Program-made: the position numbers and the translations under genes
Shown here: positions 61,929 through 64,000 of the stretch, piece by piece
How positions within the stretch are numbered: position 1 is the first letter of the stretch
Layout: every line of letters starts with the position of its first letter
The notes under the pieces: generated by a model
Seen by the model: only the letters and a program-made list of their open reading frames with translations
What the model was told of the DNA's origin: nothing
Databases searched by the model: none
NCBI RefSeq assembly: GCF_006345805.1
Contig: NC_043010.1
Coordinates: 50,778,001 to 50,842,000, forward strand
Reading direction: 5' to 3'
Length of the DNA: 64,000 bases
DNA from: Octopus sinensis
Lineage: Eukaryota

Positions 61929-63469
61929 TAAAGACACATGGTTTATGTTTGGGGTTTCGTGAAGGGATATGTGTACGTGTACTTGCACATAACAGAACAG
62001 AATAAGAGAACTAGGAATCCTTATAATATTGATAACAAAGAGTCCACTTCTAACTGGGAGAGTAGGACCCTCAAAATCGTAGATTTATGGCATCGAGCTC
62101 ACTTAACATCCCTTTAACGTCCTCAATTGGTCAGAAACAATATATTTTTCAATAATTGATAATAATTACAAAAAAATTCCTATGTTGATTGTTGAATCAA
62201 TTCGATAAAAAGACACAGCTCTGAAACTATGATCAACGTTGTAAATTCAGTCAGATTTTATCTAGGGTTTATTAAAATTTTTAAAGTTAATATTTCGTAC
62301 AAATATCGCCAATGTCTGTATGCAGTTTATTATATTCGTCACGTTCTTTTGTGTTAACTATTTATGACAAGAAAAGAATGATTCCACTCATCGTCTATCG
62401 CTTCAAAGAATCGTTGGCAGATTTTCACTAATTGATGTACACGTAGTTGTGCAATATGCGCTCGTGGCCTCGAATATGTTTCTATTTGGTATGCATTAGA
62501 GTTATTTATGTGAAATAGCAGGCGTTTAAAATTGTCGACTTTTAAGTTGGTATAAAAAAAATAATAAAAGACGTTTGCGATTAAAAGCATTTCTCGATAC
62601 ATTTACAAAGAAACCAGTAAATAAGAGTTAAATTTAGATTTCAAAATGGAAGCTGGAAACCAAGAAAGATTTTCATCCCACCTCTCTTTACCAAAATCAG
62701 ATCTTGCCACACAAATTATATGCAGATTTATAAGCCATTTATGAAGAAAAACATCAACAATTTAAAATCAATCCAAAAACAATAACATTAACAAAAAAAA
62801 AAAAGAAGGGCCTTCAGATGGCCACACCACATACCGAGATATGAGCACATTCTTAACAGAATGGAGGCTGAAGATTCCTGTCCTTCGATGTTAAGAAACT
62901 AGACTTTATCATTATGAACAACCTCATGCAGGTGCACTGTTTATCGATCGTGTGAATTACTGGAAACACGAAGTGGTGTATAACAACAGATTTGGGTATT
63001 TTAAAGGACACATTAAACTGAAAAGCATTTATGGTTTAAACGTATGAATAAAATGATACCTATTGATAATACAGAATCTTCGCGACTAAGCACCCACTAA
63101 AAGGCATGTAACTAAAAACATCTCCTTCTATAGGCTATAAGCCCCGTCTTGGGTCTTCGACTAACGATTCCTCTCACAGGGTCGTAGCAGCTGGCAAATT
63201 AAAGTGAGTAGCTGACAGAACGGGTGCACTACTAAAGACTAGCATGATCCTATACGGCATCTTCTATCGGAACAGAATTATAATAATAGATGAAGAAAGA
63301 TGTTAAAAAGGAATAAAATTAAGATTTTCGTTACGTTCTCTTCGGCGTAGAGTGACTTCCCTTGTCCGCGATAGGCTTAACTAAACGATAATCTAGTGCC
63401 CCCTCTATACAAAATTTTATTCTTGGTCGGAACCTTGAATATTGTATTCACATTTTATGAAATATATAT

Positions 63470-63935
63470 ATATCTTTGCTACCCACAAGGGGCTAAACAC
63501 AGAGGGGACAAACAAGGACAGACAAACGAATTAAGTCGATTACATTGACACCAGTGCATAACTGGTACTTAATTTATCGACCCCGAAAGGATGAAAGGCA
63601 AAGTCGACCTCGGCGGAATTTGACATTTTATGAAATATATTCGAGTCTTTTTTTTTTTTTTATCAAAGAAAGATATATGTTTTTATTTAATACGTCGCGT
63701 AAAATAAAATATAAATCCGAAAGAAGAACGTTGTAGATTGCTTGGAGCATTGGGATACAGAAGTAAAATAAATAATCTTTTCTACTCTAGGCACAAGGCC
63801 CGAAATTTTGGGGAGGTGGGGGGCAGTCGATCAGATCGACGCCAGTACGCAACTGGTACTTAATTTATCGACCACCGAAAGAATGAAAGGCAAAGTCGAC
63901 CTCGGCAGAATTTAAACTCAGAACGTAAAGATTGA
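63470..63935 (-). mobile_element. Two SINE family B copies (63470-63625 and 63780-63935)
   Basis: aactggtacttaatttatcgacc...gaaaggcaaagtcgacctcggc occurs twice. Confidence 0.8.
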
Positions 63936-64000
63936 CGAAGAGATAAAATAAATAATGGAGAGGGTTAATATAGGGCGTAACAAATATCAGAAAATCAAAA

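Noticed and set aside
62170-63300. CpG-retaining region with an 82-aa ORF and faint LINE-like codons
   Set aside because: No motif strong enough to call a gene, promoter or element.

Overview
AT-rich animal genomic DNA. The repeat families, microsatellite load and zinc-finger style suggest an octopod cephalopod (inference). The window is part of a C2H2 zinc-finger cluster. Two intact paralogous ZNF genes face each other tail to tail: A on + (11970-13454) and B on - (35603-37093), about 21.5 kb apart. Their cores are near-identical in patches while their flanks have clearly diverged, which looks like gene conversion between inverted arms. Both carry an N-terminal block of seven ~31-aa repeats that appears to be an amplified inter-finger linker. 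Two further decayed ZNF remnants are present (about 22.8-24.4 kb and 60.7-61.0 kb), and the first has turned into a 91/74-bp higher-order minisatellite. The rest is mobile DNA: mariner, Tc1 and hAT fossils, many MITEs, several tRNA-derived SINE families, and RTE-clade LINEs with a PHD-like insert and variable 3' UTR repeats. The most unusual element is a 508-bp palindromic insertion (46980-47487) with a 15-bp TSD, built from two outward-facing tRNA-like heads, each followed by a Penelope-type minimal hammerhead ribozyme motif. There is no rRNA, true tRNA or CRISPR. All alignments and identity estimates were made by eye; coordinates of degraded repeats are approximate.
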